Virus record (IMG/VR): IMGVR_UViG_3300033076_001485
Coordinates: 1 to 64,000 of that record
From: a virus
Lineage: Duplodnaviria > Caudoviricetes
Reading direction: 5' to 3' (one strand)
DNA: 64,000 bases
The notes beneath the pieces were generated by a model. It had not been told where the DNA came from. It worked only from the letters and a program-made list of their open reading frames with translations, and did no database searches. Below, in pieces: positions 28,923 to 37,970 of the stretch (position 1 is its first letter; every line of letters begins with the position of its first letter). A program made the translations under genes and the position numbers.

Positions 28923-30167
28923 ATGCAAAAGAAAAAAGTATTAGTATTATCTGATCATGCTTTGTCTACATCAGGTGTAGGCACACAGACACGTCACCTT
29001 TTGACAGGATTGCTAAAGAAAGGTGAATGGACATTTAGGCAATTTGGTGCAGCAATGAAGCATGCTGACTATCGCACAATTGTTCTAAATGAAGACTTTA
29101 TTATCAAGCCAATTGATGGTTTTGGTAATCGTGATCTAATTAGAGTGACCATTGCAACTGAAAAGCCAGATGCAATCTTGATCTTTACAGATCCAAGATT
29201 CTTCATTTGGCTTTTTGAGATGGAAGATGAAATTCATCAAATGTGCCCAATTCTTTGGTGGCATGTTTGGGATAATCATCCATATCCACAATTTAATGAC
29301 ACACTCTATCAGTCGACAGATTTGATTAACTGTCACTCATATATGACATATGAGATGATTAAGGATAGATTTCCTGATAAGGTAAATTTTATTCCACATG
29401 CTTTACCAGATGATCTATTTTTCCCACTACCAGACGATCAAAGAGCAGCATATCGTAGAAATTTGTTAGGTACTGCAAGAGAAGATCATTTTGTTGCCAT
29501 CTGGGTCAATAGAAATGCCAGAAGAAAGCGTCCAAGTGATGTGCTTCTTTCATGGAAGCTTTTCCTTGATGAACTGCAAGCAAAAAATGGACATAAAAAA
29601 GCAACGCTGATTATGCACACTGATCCGCTTGATCAGGAAGGTCCAAATCTATTTGCTGTTTCTGAAAATTTAAATATTTCAGATAATGTCTTTTTCTCAA
29701 AAGATAGAATTGAATTTGATAAAATGAACATTCTGTATAATATTTCTGATTGCTGTATAAACATATCCTACGCAGAAGGATTTGGGCTAGGCACTCTTGA
29801 ATCTATGCAAGCAGGAACTCCGATTGTTGCAGTCAAGACAGGTGGTCTTACAAGGCAAGTTGTTGACCATCGTGACGGGTCTGAAAATGGTATTGCACTA
29901 CCCGTTGAATGTAAGACCTTGGTGGGTTCACAAATGGTACCCTACATTTATGAAGATTATGTAACTGTTGAGACAACTGCACAAGGTCTCTACAAACTTA
30001 GTCAACTTGATGTCAATGAAAAGAAAGCATTAAGGAATAAAGTTAGAAATTACGCACAATCAGAGTTTGCTTATCAAAAAACAATTGATGATTGGCACGA
30101 TACTATGAAAGATACAATTTCTAATTGGAAGTCAAAGCAAGTTAGCTGGGATGTGAAGGAGATCTAA
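28923..30167 (+). CDS. Glycosyltransferase family 4
   Basis: SGVG, NRNARRKR, SYAEGFGLGTLESMQAGTP. Confidence 0.88.
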   Translation: MQKKKVLVLSDHALSTSGVGTQTRHLLTGLLKKGEWTFRQFGAAMKHADYRTIVLNEDFIIKPIDGFGNRDLIRVTIATEKPDAILIFTDPRFFIWLFEMEDEIHQMCPILWWHVWDNHPYPQFNDTLYQSTDLINCHSYMTYEMIKDRFPDKVNFIPHALPDDLFFPLPDDQRAAYRRNLLGTAREDHFVAIWVNRNARRKRPSDVLLSWKLFLDELQAKNGHKKATLIMHTDPLDQEGPNLFAVSENLNISDNVFFSKDRIEFDKMNILYNISDCCINISYAEGFGLGTLESMQAGTPIVAVKTGGLTRQVVDHRDGSENGIALPVECKTLVGSQMVPYIYEDYVTVETTAQGLYKLSQLDVNEKKALRNKVRNYAQSEFAYQKTIDDWHDTMKDTISNWKSKQVSWDVKEI

Positions 30168-31327
30168 TGAAAAATGTTTTAGTCAGAGCACCACTTCTCA
30201 GCGTGTCAGGCTACGGTGTTCATTCACGTCAAGTGTTCGAGTGGGCAAAATCTATTGATACCTGGAATGTAAGTACACAAGTTTTAAACTGGGGCAATAC
30301 AACATGGTATCTTGATCCAGATGCAGAAAATGGTTTAATTGGTGACATTATGCGCCGATCAACAAACCAAACAAAAGATTTTGATATTTCCATTCAAGTT
30401 CAATTACCGAACGAGTGGGATGCAAGCGTTGCAAAATATAATATTGGTGTTACTGCTGCTGTTGAGACAGATAAGTGCAACCCAGCTTGGGTTGATGCAG
30501 TCAATAAAATGTCTGTTGTAATTGTCCCATCAGAACATGTTAAGCGTACTCTGATGACATCAGGTAATGTCACAACTCCAATACATGTTATTGGCGAATG
30601 GTTTATACCTGAGATTCTCACTCATAAAGAGCCTTTAGATCTTAAGTTTAAGACCAATTTTAATTTTTTGATTGTCTCACAAATGACATCACAAAATTCA
30701 GCTGATGATAGAAAAAATATTCTTGATACACTCAAGTGGATGCTTGAGGTGTTTAAAGATGATAAAGATGTTGGAATCATCTTAAAGACAAATTTTGGTC
30801 GTGGCACTAAGATTGATAAGAAATTTACTCAAGATAGCGTTGAGAAATTTATAAATCAAAATAGAAAAGGTGCATTTCCAAGAATTTATCTCATGCATGG
30901 CACTATGTCATCTGAAGAAATTGCACGATTATATCGACACCCAACAATTAAGTGCTATGTTAATTTGACAAGGGGCGAAGGATTTGGCCTCCCCATCCTA
31001 GAGGCGTCAGTCGCCGAATTACCTGTTATTGCGACAAATTGGTCCGCGCATCTTGATTTTATGAAACTAGGGAAATTCATCCCAGTTGACTATACGCTTA
31101 TTGACATCCCAGCATCAAAAATTGATGGAAACATATTTGTTGCTAACACAAAATGGGCTCAACCACTTGAGGCCGACTTTAAAAAGAGGCTACAGAAATT
31201 TAGAAGTAGTTATGATGCCCCAAAGCAGTGGGCACATGAACTTTCGAAAAAGTGCATAGAAAAATTTTCTAGAGAAGCAATACTTAAGCAGTACAATGAT
31301 CTTGTGATTGAATTGGAGATCAAGTAG
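30167..31327 (+). CDS. Glycosyltransferase family 4
   Basis: SGYG, DRKN, TRGEGFGLPILEA...PVIATNWSAHLDF. Confidence 0.88.
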   Translation: MKNVLVRAPLLSVSGYGVHSRQVFEWAKSIDTWNVSTQVLNWGNTTWYLDPDAENGLIGDIMRRSTNQTKDFDISIQVQLPNEWDASVAKYNIGVTAAVETDKCNPAWVDAVNKMSVVIVPSEHVKRTLMTSGNVTTPIHVIGEWFIPEILTHKEPLDLKFKTNFNFLIVSQMTSQNSADDRKNILDTLKWMLEVFKDDKDVGIILKTNFGRGTKIDKKFTQDSVEKFINQNRKGAFPRIYLMHGTMSSEEIARLYRHPTIKCYVNLTRGEGFGLPILEASVAELPVIATNWSAHLDFMKLGKFIPVDYTLIDIPASKIDGNIFVANTKWAQPLEADFKKRLQKFRSSYDAPKQWAHELSKKCIEKFSREAILKQYNDLVIELEIK

Positions 31328-31639
31328 ATGATAACTGCTTTATTAGCAATTACATGTTTAATTTTGCTAATCTTGTTAGGCTTCTCTGCATTTCTCAATT
31401 ATCGTCTAGGGAAAACAATTCTCAAAGTAGAAGATGCAATTGAAGAATCACTAGATGAGATAGATCAGATTTATGGAAGAATTAGTAAGATTCTAGAAAT
31501 CCCTGTCTTCTTCGACTCAGTTGAAGTTAGACAGGTTATTTCTGATATTGATGATACAAGACAGGTTATACTTAAGATTGCAAATAATATAACAAATGCA
31601 ACAAAGGATGAAGATGACACACAAGAAGAAAATCAGTAA
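31328..31639 (+). CDS. Hypothetical membrane-anchored coiled-coil protein
   Basis: N-terminal hydrophobic helix followed by an acidic helical region. Confidence 0.6.
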   Translation: MITALLAITCLILLILLGFSAFLNYRLGKTILKVEDAIEESLDEIDQIYGRISKILEIPVFFDSVEVRQVISDIDDTRQVILKIANNITNATKDEDDTQEENQ

Positions 31640-32342
31640 AACTTCATCCGGCGGTGGCATGAAGCTGTATTTTCATGCAGGAACACACGACGCTATTGTT
31701 AGATTTCAAGGAGAAAAAGATGACAATATTCGTGAGACAATCTACGTTCAAGAAATTTTACCAGCATTTGATAAACTTGTTGAAAACTTAATTTTTATAC
31801 AGGGATTTAATATTAGTCATGGTAATTTTGATGATTTAAAGTCTGATTGTGTCACATTTCTATTTGAAACTTTGAAGAAATTTGATGCATCACGTGGCAC
31901 GAAGGCATTTAGCTACTTTAATGTTGTTGCTAAAAATTGGCTAATTGTTAAGAATCGCCAACGTGCAAAGTCTGCTAAGAGAATGTGTAGCATAGATGAC
32001 AAGGATGCTATCAATGAGATTGAGCTTTTAGATCTCGAGAATTACACTGTTGATCAAAATCAAGACGCAAATCTCATCAAACAAGACGCAAATTTAAGCA
32101 TATTCATGTTGCTCGAAGATATTAGATGCGATATGCTTTGTGAAAATGAGATTAAATGCATAGAAGCAATTAAGAAGATTTTCAATGAAATTGAAGATAT
32201 TGAAATTCTTAATAAGCGGGCAATATTTGTCTACGTCAGAGACATCACAGGTTTAACACCCAAACAGCTATCAATTGCCATGTCAAGCATTAGAAAGAAA
32301 TATAAAGATTTGATGTTGACAGGTGATTATGATATTTTCTAA
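31614..32342 (+). CDS. Phage RNA polymerase sigma factor, T4 gp55-like (late)
   Basis: DLKSDCV.FL...KKFD...KAFSYFNVVAKNWL resembles sigma region 2 and the gp55 F(A/S)YF motif; C-terminal HTH-like VRDITGLTPKQL; immediately upstream of baseplate genes; AAGGA before ATG 31614. Confidence 0.7.
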   Translation: MTHKKKISKTSSGGGMKLYFHAGTHDAIVRFQGEKDDNIRETIYVQEILPAFDKLVENLIFIQGFNISHGNFDDLKSDCVTFLFETLKKFDASRGTKAFSYFNVVAKNWLIVKNRQRAKSAKRMCSIDDKDAINEIELLDLENYTVDQNQDANLIKQDANLSIFMLLEDIRCDMLCENEIKCIEAIKKIFNEIEDIEILNKRAIFVYVRDITGLTPKQLSIAMSSIRKKYKDLMLTGDYDIF

Positions 32343-32356
32343 AATAAGGAGCAAGA

Positions 32357-32716
32357 ATGGCTGATTTTAATAAAACACTTGATTCTCTTAATGAGAAAGA
32401 TAAGAAAATCAAGCAATTTTCTGACATTCTTGATACTTTAACTTCTACAGAAGATAAGAAAAAACTCTTGTGGAAGGAGATTTATGAGAATGCTGTCAAT
32501 GATCGAGAGAATGCAGGCATCCTATTCACTGACACATTGATGCAAGTTAAGGGAAATGCAGCAAATCACAATATCTTAGGGCCTGTTATTGTCAAATATA
32601 TTGAAAGAATGTCTCGTGCAAATGATCAAATTCTAAAACTTGCAGAGCTTATTGCTCAAGAAGAGTCAAAAGAAATGAGCATGGACGCAATTTATGACAA
32701 GATTGGTGACACCTAA
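32357..32716 (+). CDS. Hypothetical helical protein
   Basis: Strong AAGGAG RBS; lies between sigma and baseplate hub. Confidence 0.6.
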   Translation: MADFNKTLDSLNEKDKKIKQFSDILDTLTSTEDKKKLLWKEIYENAVNDRENAGILFTDTLMQVKGNAANHNILGPVIVKYIERMSRANDQILKLAELIAQEESKEMSMDAIYDKIGDT

Positions 32717-34107
32717 TGTCAATTTTTTCAAGAGTATCTGGACCATTTGTTATACCAAATGCAAACGCTGGAGATATGCAAACCTCTCAAAATTTAATGG
32801 GAGGACATGCAGCATTTATTACTGCTAAAGTCATAGATTTCATCTCAGATCCCAAAACTTTAAGCGAAAGCAAAATTAATGAAATCAAAAATTCAGTTAC
32901 AAATAGCTCTCTGATAAATTCCATGCCAGTTAATTCTATCTGGTGTCAGATAATTGAGGCAAATCGTCTTGACCAGCATATTGCATATCCATTCTTTCCT
33001 GCACATCTCTGTTTACCAATAAAGCCAGCAGAGCAAGTTTGGATTTTTTATTCTCCAACAGATCAAGTTTATTACTGGGTTTGTCGAAAACCCGGTGACT
33101 ATATTTCTGAGGATGTCAATTACACACATATAGATCGTATCGTAAATAAACCTATAACAATTGGTACAGCAGGTGTTGAGCCACAAGTTGGAGCAAAAGA
33201 TGCATTCAACGGCACACTACCAGATACAGTAAATTTTCCACAAGGAAAAACAGATAGTGTGTATGTAAAGACATCAGGCGTATTTTTTGATGATACACAA
33301 ATTATTGAACAGTCTCAAGAATATCAAGAAAAATTCATACAAGAAGCTGTTCCTAGGTTAGTTAGACAACCAGGCGATCTTGTAATGCAAGGATCCAATA
33401 ACTCAACAATAGTGTTAGGATCATCTGAAAATAAAGAAGGAAAAGGTGTCATTGACATCGTAACTGGAAGATTTCTAAGAACAAATCCAGTAACAAACAC
33501 ACGCGGCTATAAAGAAGTCGACAAAACAAGAACAGCAACATCTGATGGTCAAACTGACCTGGCGTATGATGATGCACGTGTGTATCTTGGAATGAATGAG
33601 GATGCCGACTCAGAATTTCGAGTTAATATTTCAGGCATACCAGGCAGCGGAACATCATCATGTGCTGTAGTCAAGGGAAATCATGTAAGACTTCTTGGAA
33701 GGGGAAATGTTAAGATCACATCGCAAGCGTCTGGAGCAAGTATTGTTCTACAAGAAACGGGTGATGTGATTATTGTTCCTGGCGATGATGGGAAAGTTTA
33801 TTTAGCAGGTGCTGAATCTAATCAATCTTATCTTAGATATGATGAGTTTAATGATATTATTAATCGCTTAATTGATATGATTGCAGCACTCCAAAGTTCT
33901 TTAGGTCCAGCGTCAATAGCAGCAGCAGCAGCAGCTGCATCTACAACGGCAGCTGGTAATCCTCCAGGCACACCTTTGGGCGATGCGTATGTAGAAAATG
34001 CAGTTATTATTGCAAATCCTGACACATTTGGTGCAATTGAAGCTTACACTAATCAAGTAAATAACCTTCTTCGAACCATTAAGTCTCAAAAGATATTGGG
34101 AACTTGA
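32716..34107 (+). CDS. Baseplate hub/central spike (gp5/VgrG-like)
   Basis: AYP...LPIKPAEQVW (OB-fold-like), PGDLVMQGSNNSTIVLG, beta-strand repeats; directly upstream of gp25- and gp6-like genes. Confidence 0.65.
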   Translation: MSIFSRVSGPFVIPNANAGDMQTSQNLMGGHAAFITAKVIDFISDPKTLSESKINEIKNSVTNSSLINSMPVNSIWCQIIEANRLDQHIAYPFFPAHLCLPIKPAEQVWIFYSPTDQVYYWVCRKPGDYISEDVNYTHIDRIVNKPITIGTAGVEPQVGAKDAFNGTLPDTVNFPQGKTDSVYVKTSGVFFDDTQIIEQSQEYQEKFIQEAVPRLVRQPGDLVMQGSNNSTIVLGSSENKEGKGVIDIVTGRFLRTNPVTNTRGYKEVDKTRTATSDGQTDLAYDDARVYLGMNEDADSEFRVNISGIPGSGTSSCAVVKGNHVRLLGRGNVKITSQASGASIVLQETGDVIIVPGDDGKVYLAGAESNQSYLRYDEFNDIINRLIDMIAALQSSLGPASIAAAAAAASTTAAGNPPGTPLGDAYVENAVIIANPDTFGAIEAYTNQVNNLLRTIKSQKILGT

Positions 34108-34114
34108 TGAGAAC

Positions 34115-34121
34115 ATACTTA
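34115..34121 (+). promoter_or_regulatory. Candidate late promoter ATACTTA
   Basis: Intergenic, 9 nt before ATG 34131. Confidence 0.5.
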
Positions 34122-34130
34122 TAGCATGAG

Positions 34131-34601
34131 ATGGCAGAAAGAAGCTTTAAAAATATCGGCACAACGACCGCGCAATTGCAGGCAGCACGTCCTGTTGCGC
34201 AAACTTTTCCTATTGGAATAAAAACACCAATAGAATTTGGGGGAAATGGCAATCCCTACAAAATGCACACCTCGGTGCCTGAACAGATTAATGATAATCT
34301 TCGAAACATGATTTTAACTAATCGTGGAGAAAGGTTGGGAAAATATGACTATGGTGCCAACCTTAGACAAATTCTAGCAGATTTTGCAACCAACACTGAT
34401 GTTGAGACAATTGCAATGCAGTCTATCATGTCAACTGTTGAAAAATACATGCCGTTTATTTCACTTGACACATTTGACATGCAAAATTTGCCATCAACAA
34501 GAAATGCTCAAGCAAAATTTCAAATTAATATAGGATACAGTGTTCCAAAAATTGGAGCAAACAATCAAAAGCTTAAAATAATTCTCGAGGTAATGGGATA
34601 A
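34131..34601 (+). CDS. Baseplate wedge subunit, gp25/GpW-like
   Basis: QINDNLRNMILTNRGER...YGANL...KYMPFI. Confidence 0.85.
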   Translation: MAERSFKNIGTTTAQLQAARPVAQTFPIGIKTPIEFGGNGNPYKMHTSVPEQINDNLRNMILTNRGERLGKYDYGANLRQILADFATNTDVETIAMQSIMSTVEKYMPFISLDTFDMQNLPSTRNAQAKFQINIGYSVPKIGANNQKLKIILEVMG

Positions 34602-36448
34602 TGGCATCAACACTGCAACAAAAGTTAAAGCAACGCCGTCAGAGATCATATCTTGGAAAAGATTTTGATAGTTTGCGTGATAACCTCGCGACATACGCCA
34701 AGAATTACTATTCAGATCAAATTAAAGACGTCTCAGAAGCATCAGTTGCAGGTATGTTTATCGACATGGCCGCTTACACAGGCGACATGTTAACATATTA
34801 TCTTGATTATCAGTTTAATGAGTTAAGTCTTGAAACAGCTACAGATCCCAACAACGTAGATCGTCTAATTAGACGAGCAGGCGTCAAATATGGCGGTGCA
34901 TCACCTGCGATAGTAACAGTAAATTTTTATGCCATAATACCTGCCACTTCGTCAAATGGTGTATACTCACCTAATACACAGTATATGCCTGTAATACAGT
35001 CAGGAACGCAGGTTAAATCAAACTCAGGCATAATATTTGAACTAACAAATGATTTGGATTTTGCTGCTGTAGATTCAAATAGAAATTTGATCGCATCTTA
35101 TAAAATCTTTTCGCAAGATGCAAGCGGAAACCCAACTAAATTTGTTGTAAAGGCATCTGGCATTTGTTCATCAGGAAGAGTTATAACTGAGAGATTTACT
35201 ATTGATGATAGTTTTGTCCCGTTCAGAACAGTTACACTTTCAAATCAAAATGTTAATGAAATTATCAGCATAACTGATTCTGATGGAAACATCTATTATG
35301 AAGTTGAATCTTTGACACATGATGTCGTCTTTAAGGCACGCACAAATACATCATCTGATTCTGGTATTGTTGAAGACGCATTGACAGTTATTCCTGCACC
35401 TAGAAGATTTATTTCTGAAACAAGCCGTGTATCAGGTAAGACTACAATAACGTTCGGATCGGGCGATGCCGATTCACTTGACGATGATATTATACCAGAC
35501 CCATCAGAGATTGCTTTGCCCTTGTACGGATCAAATAAGACATTTAGAAAAGTCTCAATTGATCCTAATTCATTGTTGAAAACAAGAAGTCTAGGTATAA
35601 CTCCTGTCAATACGACATTGACTATATCATATCGATATGGCGGTGGTCTAAATAACAATGTCGGATCAGGAACAATTAATGCAATATCTCGCCTAGTGCA
35701 TCGTTTCCCACCATCAACCCCGCTAAGCATTGCTTCTACTATTAGAGCAACATTTGAAGTTGACAATACAGAGACAGCAGTCGGTGGAGAAGATTCTTTG
35801 TCACTCGAAGATCTTCGTGCAATTGCACTAAATTATGCAAATTCTCAAAATAGAATCGTTACTAAGCAAGATGCAGCTGCTAGAGTCTATACGATGCCAT
35901 CAAATTTTGGTAGAGTGTATCGTGTGGGTTTTAGACCCAATCCTGTCAATCCTCTTGCAACTCTTATGTACGTTGTAAGCAGAAATAGTGACGGTATGCT
36001 TGTTCTTTCAAGCGACACACTAAAACTAAATCTTAGTAAGTACCTAAATGAATTTAGGCTAATAACAGATGCAATTGACATTGTTGATGCACCTATTGTT
36101 AATTTAAAACTAAATTATAATGTTGTTTTGTACTCAACTGCGGTAAAGAATACAACACTACAGACGATTAATCAATCGCTTAAAGACTACTTTAATATTA
36201 AAAATTTCCAAATAGACCAGCCAATTCTACTATCAGACGTTACCAATATTTTGCTTAATACAGACGGTGTGATGTCAATATCAAATATTACTTTCACAGG
36301 TGCAAGTGGTGTGATTAATGGTGTGGAATACAGTGATGTATTGTTTAATGTTGATCAAAACATAACAAATGGATTACTTGTTCCCCCACCGGGCGGTATA
36401 TTTGAAATTAGATATCCAGATTACGACATTGTCGGAAATGCTACGTAG
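34601..36448 (+). CDS. Baseplate wedge subunit, T4 gp6/baseplate J-like
   Basis: KDFDSLR, MAAYTGDMLTYYLD, ITFGSG, YRYGGG, GGED, QNRIVTKQD. Confidence 0.88.
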   Translation: MASTLQQKLKQRRQRSYLGKDFDSLRDNLATYAKNYYSDQIKDVSEASVAGMFIDMAAYTGDMLTYYLDYQFNELSLETATDPNNVDRLIRRAGVKYGGASPAIVTVNFYAIIPATSSNGVYSPNTQYMPVIQSGTQVKSNSGIIFELTNDLDFAAVDSNRNLIASYKIFSQDASGNPTKFVVKASGICSSGRVITERFTIDDSFVPFRTVTLSNQNVNEIISITDSDGNIYYEVESLTHDVVFKARTNTSSDSGIVEDALTVIPAPRRFISETSRVSGKTTITFGSGDADSLDDDIIPDPSEIALPLYGSNKTFRKVSIDPNSLLKTRSLGITPVNTTLTISYRYGGGLNNNVGSGTINAISRLVHRFPPSTPLSIASTIRATFEVDNTETAVGGEDSLSLEDLRAIALNYANSQNRIVTKQDAAARVYTMPSNFGRVYRVGFRPNPVNPLATLMYVVSRNSDGMLVLSSDTLKLNLSKYLNEFRLITDAIDIVDAPIVNLKLNYNVVLYSTAVKNTTLQTINQSLKDYFNIKNFQIDQPILLSDVTNILLNTDGVMSISNITFTGASGVINGVEYSDVLFNVDQNITNGLLVPPPGGIFEIRYPDYDIVGNAT

Positions 36449-36456
36449 GAGCTAAG

Positions 36457-37968
36457 ATGTATCTAACACTTTCAGCAAGCAAAGACGCATATATTACAAA
36501 TAAGATTGTTGGATCATCGTTTCGTGCAACTGATGCAAATCTTGGACAAGCGGGAACTCTTGATCTATTCAAGCTCTATGACGAGAATAGGATTGTGGGT
36601 GAAACAAATCCCATAGAGCTTTCAAGAGCACTAATTAAATTTGATTACAGCGCGCTGTCAAGCATGATGAGATCTAAGCTGGATATCAACGATTCATCAT
36701 TCAAGTGCACACTTGTTCTGAGTGATGTCTATGGCGGCCAGCCGACACCCACTAATTTTAAATTAATTGTATTTCCTCTATCTAGAAGTTTTGATGAAGG
36801 TGTTGGACGAGATGTTGTAGGTTTTAGAGATATTGACGTATGCAATTATTTGACTGCGTCTGTTTCAACAGGTAATGTTGAGAAATGGTTTACAACAGGC
36901 GCAGATAAGCAGGGCTTATTAGGATCAAATGATATTGACATAATATCAAGTGGCAACTTGTACGATGGAAATGGAATCGTAAATCTATGGAGAGAACAGC
37001 TTTTCACGTCAGGTGAAGAAGATCTTACAGTTGATGTAACAAGCATTGTCTCAGGAACATTAGCAGGTTTAATTCCTGATCATGGATTTAGAATTTCTTT
37101 TTCTGGATCGATGGAAACAGATGAATTTACAAGATTTGTTAAGAGATTTACTTCTAGAAACGCAACAAACGTTGGTAAACGACCAAAAATTATTGTTACA
37201 TACAATGATCTAGTTAGAGACAATCATGAAAACTTTTTCTTTAATGAGCAAGGAAATTTATTTCTATCTAACAATATAAGAGGAAATCCTAGAAACATCC
37301 TGTCTGGTACATCTTTGACTGAGGTTAAAGGTGATAATTGCATGATTTTGACTTTGTCAACAGGCTCGTATACAAAGCAATTCAATGTCTCCCAATTTAA
37401 GTGGGGTAACAATTACGTTACAGGAACTTATTATGCCTCATTTACATTAAATAGCTACGAAAATAGCAATATTCTTAATAATCTAATGGCATCTGGATCT
37501 GTCGAGTTTAAAGAGATCTGGGGATCAAATGATGGATCTGTCGCATATTTGTCAAGTTCATTAACAGTTTACCGTCCAGATATAGCACAATTTGATATTG
37601 ACCTAGAACGAATTACTGTTAGCATGACTAACATGCGCACTTCATATGAGCAAAATGAGCAGTATCGATTTAGAGTTTTCATAGAAGATATTACAAGAGA
37701 ATTTATTGCAAAAAAGCTACCAATTGAAAATAAGGGTATCTTTGTAGAAGAGATTTACTATCAAGTTAGAGATACAGATCTAAATGAGGTTTTAGTACCA
37801 TTCCACAATCCAGGTACAGCCGTGTCTAATGACACCGTTAGTCATTATTTTGATTTTAATATGATTTCTCTGCCAAGGGGAAGAACCTATACGTTCGATT
37901 TTAAGATATTACGAGAAAATTCTGAAATTATATTTAGAGACATAGCAGCAAAATTTAGAGTGAATTAA
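36457..37968 (+). CDS. Putative virion structural protein
   Basis: ASKDAYI...SRALIKFD...RPKIIVTY pattern; baseplate operon context. Confidence 0.55.
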   Translation: MYLTLSASKDAYITNKIVGSSFRATDANLGQAGTLDLFKLYDENRIVGETNPIELSRALIKFDYSALSSMMRSKLDINDSSFKCTLVLSDVYGGQPTPTNFKLIVFPLSRSFDEGVGRDVVGFRDIDVCNYLTASVSTGNVEKWFTTGADKQGLLGSNDIDIISSGNLYDGNGIVNLWREQLFTSGEEDLTVDVTSIVSGTLAGLIPDHGFRISFSGSMETDEFTRFVKRFTSRNATNVGKRPKIIVTYNDLVRDNHENFFFNEQGNLFLSNNIRGNPRNILSGTSLTEVKGDNCMILTLSTGSYTKQFNVSQFKWGNNYVTGTYYASFTLNSYENSNILNNLMASGSVEFKEIWGSNDGSVAYLSSSLTVYRPDIAQFDIDLERITVSMTNMRTSYEQNEQYRFRVFIEDITREFIAKKLPIENKGIFVEEIYYQVRDTDLNEVLVPFHNPGTAVSNDTVSHYFDFNMISLPRGRTYTFDFKILRENSEIIFRDIAAKFRVN

Positions 37969-37970
37969 AA

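Noticed and set aside
16874-31327. Glycan cluster as a bacterial LPS/capsule locus (host contamination)
   Set aside because: No flippase, Wzy, Wzz or initiating transferase; contiguous and co-oriented with phage fibre, sigma and baseplate genes.
32061-32093. CAAGACGCAAAT repeated at 21-nt spacing in the sigma gene
   Set aside because: Two copies only; an in-frame micro-duplication (QDANL) in a probable linker.
32716-36448. gp5/gp25/gp6-like genes as a T6SS or extracellular contractile injection system
   Set aside because: Terminase, primase, RuvC, gp46/47 and a late sigma on the same segment indicate a phage.
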